Source of the DNA: Takakia lepidozioides
Taxonomy: Eukaryota; Plantae; Bryophyta
Direction of reading: 5' to 3'
Assembly: GCA_030704615.1 (NCBI GenBank)
Contig: CM060731.1
Span: 31,868,001-31,932,000 of the forward strand
Length of the DNA: 64,000 nucleotides
Made by a program: the position numbers and the translations under genes. Positions 1 to 12,464 of this stretch are shown in pieces (positions within the stretch are counted from its first letter, which is position 1; every line of letters starts with the position of its first letter). Under the pieces are notes generated by a model. It was not told the origin of the DNA and did no database searches. It was given only the letters and a program-made list of their open reading frames with translations.

Positions 1-93
1 AACACTGCAGAGTCCATGATCCAGCACTGGTCTTGAAGATTTCAAAGATTATATACTGAGATCTATCTCTGACATGAGGGATTGCAAACCCAC

Positions 94-346
94 CTATTAG
101 GTCCAGAACTGTGAAGCCGTTGCAGAACCTTCCAGTTGGTACTTCACCCGGATAATCGATGCCATTGGGAGGGAAGTTTGACTTGGCAAGAGTGAGGATG
201 TAGTTGTTGTTACCAGGATCAACGAGTGAGTCACCAAGAACAAATACAGCCGGCATAGTCTGTCCCTCCGCTACGTTGCTGCTAATCAAAAGCACCAATA
301 GTACCGTGGCGCAAACCACAAAGTGGTGCTCTCGTTGCATCAGCAT
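94..346 (-). CDS. GDSL esterase/lipase, first exon (gene continues off the window to the left)
   Basis: Reverse strand reads MLMQREHHFVVCATVLLVLLISSNVAEGQTMPAVFVLGDSLVDPGNNNYILTLAKSNFPPNGIDYPGEVPTGRFCNGFTVLDLI. This has a signal peptide, GDSL block I and the PTGRFxNG motif, followed by a GT donor at 93. Confidence 0.93.
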
Positions 347-2291
347 TTTTGCAGACGTCTCTTCAGGAGCTGAAGTCTGGGCTGAAAATGTTTAGATCAC
401 TGCGCACTGAATCAAAGGACCGACAAGCATTTCTACATGTCAGTCGCGTCTGCCGTGACCGACTGTAGGTCTTTTGACAATTCATACATGTGAAGAAGTG
501 CGCACAGCTACAAAGTCCTTCTGGACAGGCACAGTTATCTTCTGGGAATGTAACAAGGTTGTGTGAACTCATCACAGAGGTCAGAGACAATCTCGCGAAC
601 ATATAATTTGGAAGCATGACATGACCGCAGACGGGCTCAAGACCAATGTCAAATTCAATTTAAGCCCATCATGGAACGTTTCTTAGAAGTAGAAATTTGG
701 AACCAAACACCTCTGAGGCCACAATCCACAATAGAGATTGAGAGAGAGAGAGAACACCCACCTCACCCACATTGTAGGCGAAAGGTTCTGTGGCCTTCAG
801 TCTGCACGGTGTGCTCCACGTCCAAGGAGGCTCCGGCGAAGGAATAGTACTCTTGACACCAGCACAAGGCGTGTAACGTTTATCTGTGGGCGCTGCTTTA
901 AAGCACTGCACAAGCCTGGTCAGCTCGACAGAAGCACCCGTGCTATCGCATTAATAACTAAGTACTGATGAGTGCAATGTGCGACAAGAGCTGCAATGCT
1001 CACCATACATGCTCAAGTGCTTTAATGTTAAAAGACAACCACAGTATGCTCCATGAAGCTATCCCAACTACTCTTCTATCAGCACACATCTCTAGTATCT
1101 CCGTGCAGTCAGATCTGATTGAAGGATATGAACGGTCCCAAATGTAAAGAATCATTACAATGTTGTGGTGTGGTGACCCCAAATTTGAATTTACTCCACC
1201 CGTTCTACGACATACGGATACCTTGTTGAATCTTGACAGACAGCTTCCGAGAATGCAGTAAATCGTCTCACATGCAGTGGCTTAGAAAACTCGGAGACAG
1301 GGAATGAAGTTTTGGCTTTGTTCACCGGCCCTTAAAGAGCTTTAGTGCATGATGCCTACCCCGCATAATGCACAACCTACTCACAATGCCTGCCATCCCT
1401 GACATTTGGAGAACGGTCGCACAGGCTGGCTTACATATTACTCTACATACTTGCACGATTGGGCCTTCCCTCAGCCCTGTCACTCAACTTGGTCTCACAT
1501 GTGCCTAGTTATAGCGATCTGATGTGGTCCTGAGTCCTGAGATTGCCTCCACCCATTTGCCAGCAATTGCGTGCTTCCTTGGGGTACCTATTCTCCCTGT
1601 CGTTGTTGCAGACTACATCAAAGATTGTCCAAGTCCCAGGCCTGCCAGCCGCTCCTGCTACCTCTTTAATGCTTGTTTTATCCTAATTGGGTCCACAATC
1701 CAGGGACAGTTTCAGACTCCAGAGAGTAAAGATGCTTTGAGAATCCTTCTCATATTTATAGCTCCAGCAACAACCCCATGATTCAAGGAGTTTGATGTTT
1801 GATCATCCTCCGTTCCCTTTCTGCTTATTAAAGAGAAATCTGTACTGTTTTGTTTGGAACCGAGGAAGCTACAGGGCTTTGAGGAGGAAGATTAATAATG
1901 ATGGCCCAAACTATTGGGAGCCTAAGTTCTAACTGCATGTGGGGCGCCGTCTTACTGGCTCGTTACTAAAGTTCAAAACCCTAAATTTCTGTTTTGATGT
2001 TATGATGCTCTGTTAGTGGGTAGTTGACTGTGACTGATTGGTACATACATGGTTGGCACCATGCCATTGATGGCGAAAGTTAAGAAGGACATATTTGTGG
2101 AGAGGTTTGTCAGTGGGTTACAATCATTTGGATCAACTCCCTGTGGCTCAATACCGATCACTTCCTTCTAAACAGTCAGTCATGCACTCATGAATGTTGG
2201 TTTGACCTGTAGCCCCTAACATGGCCTGCCAGAAAATACAAGGTGTTCCTCCAATGAATGCTCTCAAACCTCACAGACTATACGGGATTTG

Positions 2292-4081
2292 GGCAAGTAA
2301 TAGAAGACGCCCGGGAGTTGAATGCGCCCGGGCCCGGTAAGCGTACGTGGCCCGCCACCCACCCGCAGCCGCGCCCCCCTAGTCTGGCGCCTCAGATCCG
2401 CGCGGTCACCGCGACGATGCCCATGTCGTGGTAGCCCCACGCAGTCTAGAGTCCCTTTTTCTGTATAACTAACATTAAATTCGAAATTGTGGGAGTGTAG
2501 AAGCACGCAGCCCAGTGGTGCGACCATTCTTACCTGACAGCGGAGGTTGCAGGGTCGAAATTGAACAAATCTCTGCATCCTGAGGCTTTTGACGCTGCTA
2601 ATTCAAAAAAATTCCAAGTCCTGAGTCGATGCCCATCTTCACGCATAGTCACACATGTATGGAAATACATGATAAATATAGGGTTGTGGGCCCGGTCTGA
2701 GGTTGACATACTTTCAAATCTCATTACTATGCAAATACATGAGAAATATATGGACATGCATGTTCCCGATAAGCTACCAATCTTTGTAATTTTGCTATTT
2801 CAAAAAATTTGTAAGTCCCTGCAAATGTAGTTACATGGTGACTATACTTGGATGGCCATCTTCGAAAATAGTCATACAGGAGAAAATGTATGGTCAGGCA
2901 TGAATACATGAGCTGTCTTCATGCACAAGTCTTGAATGGTATATATTATAATTATGTATGACAGGTATATCATACTTCAAACCATGTATTTCCATGCAGT
3001 ATCAATACTTTATCTCTATGCATAAAAATCGTGAACTCACGGGTTCAATTTACAATGGATGAGATGGTGACTATGAATCTTCATATCTATACTAATATCA
3101 TTCTTTTTATTTTCAATCGTTGCAAAGTCATACATGATTTGAATGCATTGTCATATCTATTAGCATAGTCGTACATATATGATGTCATGTCTCATTCATG
3201 CACATTTCTTGTGGCATATGCAATGCACCAAACTTGTCATGTATTTCCATGCATTATTAAAACTCTATTTCTATGCATACAAGTCATGAGGTCGTGGGTT
3301 CATATAACAATGAATGAGATGATGAGTATGAATCTTAATATCTCTACTAATAGAATTCTTTTATTCTTATTACTTGAATAAAATTGCATGAGTCCTACAT
3401 GGAATACATGACATCTGGTATTATTTTCATGCACAGTCACACATAAGAAATCAGTTGCATTGTCATACATACAGACAGACATACGATGTGATGTGTGTCC
3501 ATGCAAGACTTCTGTCGGAAGACAACTGATGTATTTCCATGCATGACTATTTATTTCTCATGTACGACTATGGAAGATGAGCATTTAAACTTGGAACTTT
3601 TTTGAAGTTGCAAAATCAAACAAAAACTCTAGTATTATCTGACATCATACACTAATTGGTACCCGAACCTGAGACCCCACATGCATGACCATGTATTTCT
3701 CATGTATTTCCATACATGTATGACTATGCGTGAAGATGGGCATCGACTCAGGACTTAGAATTTTTTTTTTGAAGTAGCATCGCAAAAAGCCTCATTTGCA
3801 GAACCGCTCAAAATTTGACCCTGAAACTTCCGCTTTCAGGTCAGATCGATCGCACCACAGGGCTGCGTGCTTCTACATTAAAAAAAGCTTGAATTTAATT
3901 TTAGTTATACAGAAAAAGGGACTCTAGACTGCGTGGGGCCTACCACGACATGGGCGTCGTCGCGGTGACCGCGCGGATCTGAGGCGCCAGACTAGGGGGG
4001 CGCGGCTGCGGGTGGGTGGCGGGCCACGTACGCTTACCGGGCCGGGCGCATTCAACTCCCGGGCCTCTTCTATTACTTGCC
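2292..4081. mobile_element. Non-autonomous foldback/Mutator-like DNA transposon with ~380-bp terminal inverted repeats
   Basis: 2292-~2672 (GGCAAGTAATAGAAGA.GCCCGGGAGTTGAATGCGCCCGG...) is the near-perfect reverse complement of ~3700-4081. The interior is AT-rich with degenerate AGTCATACATG/CATGTATTTC motifs and no transposase. GGGATTTG occurs on both flanks (2284-2291, 4089-4096). Confidence 0.85.
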
Positions 4082-7000
4082 ATTGCGAGGGATTTGCGGC
4101 CATCAAAGGTCTCCATATACTCCTCGTGTTGAGGGATTTACAGCATTGTGGGTTAGTGGGAGAGAGACAACCCGAACCAAAAATGCTTCCTATGGCTTGA
4201 CATACTATGGCCCGATGAACCCTTCTCCAAAGCGCTGCTGCTCTCATAGATCCAGCTCAAGCAGGAGCTTCTTTTAGTCTGAGCAATCTGTCCATGAATC
4301 TAGTGGTTCCTGGCAGAAGTAGGACACTGCTATTCAGTTAGGACCACGGAAATCCCAATTGGGCTTTATCCGGGCGGGTGAGCGTCCTGTCCGTGTCCAC
4401 TCCAAGTTATTAGAGCCCAACAATCCTGATTCCTGTCCTATGCTCTCTTTAAGAACTGGCACGTAAATGTCATGCAAGCACGTCATTCTAGTCAGAAGAG
4501 GATGACATATTTATGGCATCTCGTGCAATGATATGAGACCTGCTGACTGTAGACCATAAGTATGTCTGCAGCCTCATCTTTTGTTTCTGTTCTTTAATAT
4601 TTATCATTTCCTTCTAAGTATGCGCTGTTGGTGGCCCGCCGCACAGCGATGAAGGCAACGGCTTTGGGGTGATAATTTGCCAGACATTTACCTTCGTCGA
4701 GTTGCAAACCGTATGTGCAATGTAGAATCGATGTCTGCAGACTTGTCTAACCAACATCAAACTACAGCGAGACTACTGTAGTCGCAGTACTACCTTCCAA
4801 AGTCGCCAGCGATTTCCTTCCAACTGACTCTTTCCGAAGTCGTAAGGGCGGTTCATGCTTGCCTTCATGAAGCCTAAAAAGGGGAAACGCTGCCCACCAT
4901 GTAATACATATGCTTTGCTGAGAACTCCCCCAGCCACAGCAGGGCCTCCACAGGTTGTGTTTCCTCAGTGTCCACCGCGTGTTACAAGTGCTTGTGTAGC
5001 TCCGGGTCTGGAGTCTGGACAAGTATGTGGAGATGAAGTCTGGGCAAGGAGTTTTGGGTGATTGATCGAAGAAAGATTCTCCTCTTGTTGATGAGCTTTC
5101 TCTATGTCATTATAGGTACTTTTGTGGAACATCAACAGACACAGTAACTCAAGGCCGCTAGTGACTCCAGCCAGCATTGTGCCTGCAGACCAACTCCTGA
5201 AAGTTGAAGTCCCAAAGGATTACATCCCTGAGTCTGACAAGCAGATCCAAGTCGAGAGGCCTCGTTCAGCAAAGAGAGAAAGAAAGAAGAGGCAAACTCC
5301 AAATCTGGAGGAGATCACTGCAAGTTTTGGTGAGATTAAACATTAAAAGGGTCTGAGACAGACTGAGCACACACATGTAGCCTGGTTACATCTGGTGTTC
5401 CTGATTTATGTTATATGCAAGTGAGTACAAGGGCTCAAATTCTTCACTGACCCTTTTGTCAATTCTTTCTTGGATGTATGTGGAGAGAGAAGACTGGCTG
5501 AAGTAACTAAGAGCCACTCCACCCTTCTGCTACTGCCCCTTGCGGAGGTGGGCAATATAAATGTATGCAGTCTCTTGGAATGAGTCCTCAAGACATGTTA
5601 AATTGGCCACAGGATTGAAAGCTCTGTTTGTGACTTGCCTACTTCGATTGCCAACGGCCTATGATCAGATTTCTCAGGGACTTGCCACAGACCAAAATGC
5701 ACTGCCGCAGCACAGAGTGTAGAATTAATTCCACTAAATAAGCAGTCCAAACATCTGCAAAATGAGAAGATCAGCAGCTGGAAAACAAACTCATGAGCTC
5801 TTTGCAGGTTAATTGTCGTTCCTATAGAATTCACACATGGAGGCCCTCACAAGAAAGACTTCATGTTCCCAAAGTGAGAGAGAGAGGTGCAGGATTAGAC
5901 CATGCCCATTTGACCGTGAGAGAATGGAACTACCTTCAATTCCACAAAATGCGATGCACAAGGTTCAAAACAGACTCAGGAATTCAGAAACAGATTCAAC
6001 AGATGCAGGAAGGGTGATCTCATCGTCCACCTTTCTACAGGGAGGAGATCAAGAACCACAATGTGAGTGTCATAGAAACAAACAATCTCTATGAGCTGAA
6101 ATTACAAAAATACACATTTTGTTGGCAATTTTTAGGATTCAACTGATGTGGTCGGTCAACTGGTATATCAAAGCCAGGGTGTATCACAAGACTTCCATGT
6201 TGGGGATTCAACGGTTTTGCCAGCTTCTCTCTCCCTCTCACACACACACACAGTTGTTCCACCCAGGGCCTATGGTCTCAAGGCATTCTCTCTCTCATAC
6301 CATGCTCACACAAGAAACTTTCTCAACCATTCAGTCCATGTGGCAAATCGACTCTAACTATTTTCCGCATTCTGTTGAGTCATTGTCTTCCCACATTGAG
6401 TATTGCAGTGCTCAAGATTTGGGTTTCAAGTACTCAAGTGAGCCTGCAGAACTGAAATGTGCACAGCTTGCAGTCTCATATCTTACTAGAAGCAGAATGC
6501 AAGTTTAAACTGCACGCATGAAATGAGCGAGGATAAGAGGAGCTCTCGTGGGTTCAAGCCATCACAATCTTCTCAATAGAAGGGCACGTTTTCACCTAAG
6601 GCAACCGTCTTTCACCTAGTATTCGAATGCTCACCTACCACTGATGATATTGCGTGCTTTGACGCATTTCAATGAAAAGATTGAAAAACAAAACACCATT
6701 TGTGATGCACACTGCATAAATAGGTGGGAAGCAGGGATGGAAGCTGCAAGCATCCACATCTCCATGAGGTATGATCCATATCGACAGCTCATCACAAAAG
6801 TGACCTAAACCCCTCTGGCCCTCTGAATCACCTGGCCTTCAACTAGTTCAACAGTTAATTAGATACACACTGAAAGAGGCATCTCCTGCTCTTCCAGAGT
6901 AGGATGAAAGCGTATCCAGAAAGCAAGCTGATGCCAACTTTACCACAAAACTGCTCTTAAATGGTGGTTCTGAGCCTTTCGTCCCTTGAGCGGTTATTAC

Positions 7001-7272
7001 GGTAATCAAGATGGGAAACACAATCTTCAGTTCCTTAGCTTGAACCCATCAAACTACTCCAGACAGTTTTCATTGACACCATGCCAGTTAGTACAGGAGC
7101 AGAACGTCTCCTTAGCCACCACAGAGCACACAACAGAAACGTACATTTTCGGGATACAGCAAAGTGTCATACTGTTTTTCCCCAAAAATGCGATTTGTGT
7201 TCCTCTGTCCTGCCCTCCACACCATGCAGAGGAGAACCCATTGCTTCTTTCTGTTCCATCACGCACGAACTA

Positions 7273-7557
7273 TTATTTGCGGTCCATCTCCTTCAACTTA
7301 TCGTCGACGGACACTGGACCCTCTGCCTTCCGCGCCTTCCTGTCTGCCGATGCCATCAACACCCCTGCACACAGAGCATTTGCACCATTGCAAATCTGTC
7401 ACATGTAAAAGTGCGTGTCTATGTCCCACAATATGTCCTCTTGCTTAAAAATTGCAGGCACCACAGCATTTCAGCACATGCGAAGGGGTCTGAGCATACC
7501 CACGAGAGTACCGATAGCGCACACCATGAGCAATCGCATGGTCCTCTTCTCCGACAT
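7273..7557 (-). CDS. Putative 49-aa single-pass membrane microprotein, 2 exons (7557-7500, 7364-7273)
   Basis: Start has GCCATG context. A GT..GTGCAG 135-nt intron joins the exons in frame to give MSEKRTMRLLMVCAIGTLVGVLMASADRKARKAEGPVSVDDKLKEMDRK*. Telo-boxes lie just upstream. Confidence 0.6.
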
Positions 7558-7599
7558 GGCTGCGGTCACGAAGCCGATCGTCTCTACTGCAGCACCAGA

Positions 7600-7830
7600 G
7601 CTTACGTTGACTTGAGCTACATTCAGTTTAGGGTTTTACTGGGTGTTTTAGGGTTTAGTTGGGTCCTCCCAACCCACTTTGTTTCTGAGCTTTCATCTGT
7701 GCACAGCTAAGTCCGTGATGAAAGTTCACGTGAAATCTTGCTGCTCGAGCTGTCTCTCTCGCCCTAGCACCGATTCATGTATGAGCGGCAGCAGATTGGG
7801 AAAGTGTTGAATGTTGAAAGAACGTAAGCA
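7600..7830. promoter_or_regulatory. Bidirectional promoter region with two telo-boxes (TAGGGTTT at ~7629 and ~7650)
   Basis: Only 276 bp separate the divergent ATGs at 7557 and 7834. Telo-boxes (AAACCCTA) are known from plant ribosome-biogenesis and translation gene promoters. Confidence 0.5.
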
Positions 7831-7833
7831 GCC

Positions 7834-10800
7834 ATGCCGCGCACCAGTCACGTGGAGCTTCCAGGATGTCCTCAGTTCCGTGCTCTCTGCTGCGACAATC
7901 TTGGCTTGATCAAAGGTACCCTTGCTCTCGTTCCTGGGGGAAGTACATGTTGAGGATGCTTTTCAACCCATACTGAAATGTTCTCCCCTCACCTTCTTTC
8001 CCATAAAGTGGTAAGTACTCGCCCTGAAAATTATTCAAATATGCTTTCATTGTTTGGGAATATTTGGGTCTGAGCCTGGAGCTTTTGCAAGCAATGATAC
8101 AGTGCCGGCCATGTGATGGCACTCGAAAAGTGCATGTTGTGTCGAGTCCTGAGAGGATAATGCCATTAATTTCAGCACATGGGTTCCATCTTTCCCAAGT
8201 CGATTCAGAATAGAGAGAATTGCAGTGGCAGACTGACTGGTTCCCTATCTTACACAACTACGCATACTACTGGGTTGAAATAGTTACCTGCAGATTTGCA
8301 ACCCATGGGGTGGAGTATCCTTACGCTATTTGTTTTGTTTGGTGTTGCAGTGGTTGAAGTTCCAACTGACAAGGGAGCGCCACAAGTGGTTAATCGTTGG
8401 GGACCGCCAGATCCACAGCGAGCAACACTCTGCACATCGTTTTCTCATGACATTTCTCCAGTGAGCTAATTAGTGTTTGAAGTTTTTCTTGTCTTGTTGT
8501 ATCTGAATATACCCAATATGTTGCTAGGGAGCATATGGCAAGGGCCTCATTGTGCCAATATTGGAATGGGATTGGAACAAAGGGGCAGGAACAGGTGGTT
8601 GAGAGTTTGATGTGTTCAATTTCTATTGCATGAGCTTGTAAATCTTGGCTGCAAGATTATTATGAATTGCAGTTGATTCTAGTTGTATGCATTATTGGTA
8701 GTTGGGGAAGGATGCCGAGTGTACAGTGATTGGCTTATTTAACGCAAAGGAAGGGGGTTTTAAGTCAGTCAACCAAGGTTTATCCACCTCATAGCCCATG
8801 CTTGAAAATGGATCAGCCTGTAGCCTATTTATTTACTACTGGATTATCAGTATCAACTGCTAAGAGGTTAATCTATTTCTGTGGGCACTCATAAATAGAT
8901 TGTGTGGGACCATTGCACAATCTAATCACTGTTCTTGGCGGTAATATGTGCAGGGCTTTGCTGTTGCAAGGAAGAATGGCAAGGTAAGTGTTTGTTTGCT
9001 GCTTTTATACTTAGGTGTCAAGCCCATGTCAAATGGTGCTATTCATTTACTTGCTGTATTAATTCTGTAGCTGCAATCTGACATAATCCTGTGGCTGACA
9101 GGGATGTGAGACCTGGCTATGACTACCAAATTTCTGGAGACTTCCACATATTGACCAATCAACTATGTGGTTATGTTCTGTCAGGTGGAGGTGCTTGATC
9201 CTGGGTCAGGAGCCCTCCAGTTAGAGTTAGGGGTGCCAACCATTGCCGATACTTCCAGTGAGGCAAGCAAAGGAGAGAGAGAAGATGCAAGCAACTCTGT
9301 CTGTGGGATGCATTTGTTCAAGGAGACTAGCCCTTGGTAAGCTTGCTTTGCAGAACATTACTACCTTGTGATTATTTCCATTTGTTATTGAATGTAATGA
9401 CTCTTGTCCCACTGCATTTCTCCTTTCCAGCACATGTGGCAAAGAATTCACTTCTTGTCTTGATTGTTGTCTCATGCAAAGTGCCAAGACAATGAGGACT
9501 GTGTATCTGACGTAGTAATCTTCTGCTTTACACTTTGCATCTCTTTAACCAACTCATTTCTCAACTCGTAAATTAGTTTCTGACCCTTGTTCAACAATTT
9601 GTCATTTGGTCAGGGCAAAGTCATTGCTGACATGCACAGAAAAGGGGGTTGCAGCCATACAAAGGGTTTCAATTTCCAATGGACAAGATGGGGTTTCAGC
9701 AGCTTGCAAAGCTGATGCTGACCCTGTGGTCGCAAAATGGAACGTGAGTGAGTCAGGGTGTGTTTTGTGTCTACAGGTTGATGGCAGCGAACGTCACACT
9801 GCTTTTGGAGGGTAAATTCCCCTATCTTGGTGCTCAAAATTACTCTGTACCCACTGTAAGGTTAGGACTGAGAATCGAGCCCAGGTAGTCAAGCCATGGT
9901 TGGATTATGAATCTTCTTTTCTGCCATGGGGAAGAATATTCAGGCTATATGGATGCATTTAATTTGCGTCCACAATACAGCCCTTAGAACCACTTGCTAG
10001 TTAGACCCACCAGGGCAAAAGAGGGAGGGTATCTACAGAACTAGCACTGTATTGCACATCTTTATCCCTCTATGCCTAACTTACCTATTTGTGTGACACC
10101 CTTTCAGGAAAGGTGTGGAGGTGAATCTTTGGGATATGGAAAAGGGCTCCAAGCTGTGGACCGCCAAAAGTGTAAGAACCTTTCTGTGGTGATTGCATGC
10201 TGTGTCCTTAACTTTGAACGACTTTGAAATTCAATTTGCATCCTGAGAATGGCGTATCAGAGCAATTTTGGGTTAGGCTTATTGCTGCAACACTTACACT
10301 GTGTTAATTTTGTGATTTGCTGGAGCAGCCAAGACGTGACAACCTGGGATTAATTGCCCCCCCATATGTTACTGCGTTGACCTTTCTTTCAAATCAAGAT
10401 AGTCACAAGTTGGTTGTGGGAACTGGCCATCACCAGGTAAAAATTGCCCGAAGCGTCTGGCCTCAGGTTTCTGTACTCCTGCTTGGGGAAGGAAAGAGAT
10501 GATTTTTATGCTTTCCTGGCCTTGTTTCTGTTGACCTAACACCTTGGTCTGGACAGAGCAAGAATATGGTCAATGCAGCCAAGGAGAGCAGAGTTGTGGT
10601 CACTATTTCCACTGATGTTGTTCTCCAGCATAGGTACCTACATCTGTAAATACATTGGTGTTGGTGGTCTAGATTTTTCGCACAAAACTCCATGATAACT
10701 TAGGGATACAGAGCAGATTGTTTGCACGTGGTTTTCACAGATATCTTTGTAGCATCTAAACCTGTTTATTCTTGCAGGTGCGGCTGTATGATGTAGGTGC

Positions 10801-12464
10801 ACAGCGGAGGCCAATTATGGTGTTTGATTATGGAGAATCACCAATCAAGACCCTTGCAGCAGATGCAAATGGCTACACAGTGTATGTTGGTACCGGACAT
10901 GGGGACCTGGCATGCTTTGACGTGCGCACAGGTGAGCATCCTTATATGTCATGGTACCAAAGGGCCCTAAGAATCAGAAGAGAAATTGCCGAGTAGCATG
11001 TTTCTTGAAGTCATGGCAGTTAACTAGGAGGCATTGAGACCCTTTGACTTCTTGATTTTGACATCTATGTAGTATCCCAGCTATTTTGATATCAGCAGCA
11101 GTGGTATTGTCTAGGTTGCCTTTTGCAGGTGCCTTTTGATTTTAGACAGCAACGTGGCCTGTGTGTATCATGCAGGTCAAAACTTGGGGGGTTTCAAGGG
11201 CAAGGTGGCTGGGAGTATTCGATCTATTGTCCGGCATCCAGACTTGCCAATTATTGCTTCCTGTGGTTCGTTTTCTCGCACGCCAGCATCCTTTTAGTCC
11301 TTCAATGAAATATCTTGTTTGCTGATCTGGTCTTCTTGTGCGTAAGTGGAAGTGGTTTGAAAGCAAAAATCTGTGCAAGAATGCTATGACAAGTAAATAA
11401 CTCTCTCTTTCTGATGTTGAAGTGATAATTGAGGTTGCAGGCCTGATGACTATTTCTGCTGGTATGCAGGGTTGGATAGGTATTTGAGGATCCACCATTC
11501 CCAGACAAGGCAGCTTCTTGCATCGGTTAGTCGCTTTCCCTTAGTTAGGGAGGATTAAGGTCACTGTAGCTGTTCTTCATTGCTATAGGCTGCTTTGAAC
11601 AAATTGAGAAAAGTGTTGTGAATGCAATTTTGAATCATGGGGCATATTCCTCTTCGTTAAGCATCCCCAACAGACCTTCTCTAGCACTACTATGAAGAAT
11701 CTCTAATGTACACTTGTTTGAAGGAACAAAGAGTGGACTGAAGGAAACATTCATCTGCTGCGTGGCAGGTATTCTTGAAGCAGCAGTTGGTAAGCGTGGT
11801 GTTTGATACAAGCACCGTACCTCAAGCACCCAAGACAGGTTTGTGGCAGCATCTGTTTCAGGGGAACATTTCCATTCGAAGTGCTTGGCTGTACTAATAA
11901 AGTTTCAGTCGTAGGGGACAAACTGAGATATTCCTTGCTGCATTAATTGATATAGTGATAGTCATGCAATTGATTCAGTCTTGAAACCAGCATGAGGTGG
12001 TCAAAGGTGAAGGTTCCCCTTGGAGGCCTGGATAATTGGATGTATTGCTTCTATCAGTTTGCACACACAGCCTTGTTCGGTAATATGCTAAATCAGTCAT
12101 ATTATAATAGGATCTATCTATGTCATTAGGTGGCACTGTTGGCTAGGATTCTTAGGACATTGTATCCCTCTGACTTCCCATCACTTCTAGGTTCACTCTG
12201 GCTACTTGTTTCACCAGTTCAATTCTAGTATGAAAGAAGGTGCTCATTCATCATGTCAATGCTGCAGAGACCACACCATCCACAGTTGCACCTGACAAAC
12301 TGCAGCAAGGAGTCATGGATGAACCAGATGATTCAGGAGGGATCAGACACAAAGGCATAGAGAAGGGAGCAGAGAGCAAGTCCCATAAATCCAAAGTGAA
12401 GAAGACAGACACTGAAGGGTCCTCATCTAAAAAGGCACGGCATTCTAGGAGTAATGGACCATAG
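7834..12464 (+). CDS. WDR74: WD40-repeat ribosome biogenesis factor WDR74/NSA1 homolog, ~12 exons
   Basis: GT-AG exons read MPRTSHVELPGCPQFRALCCDNLGLIK (7834-7915), VVEVPTDKGAPQVVNRWG (8351-8460), GFAVARKNGK, VEVLDPGSG, KSLLTCTEKG..AFGG, KGVEVNLWDMEKGSKLWTAKS, PRRDNLGLIAPPYVT, VRLYDVGAQRRP, GSIRSIVRHP, GLDRYLRIH, VFLKQQL and a K-rich tail ending at 12464. These are NSA1/WDR74 signature motifs. Confidence 0.9.

Noticed and set aside
6986-7710. Plus-strand ORFs of 140-209 aa
   Set aside because: Non-ATG or low-complexity frames antisense to the better-supported spliced microprotein, with no motifs.
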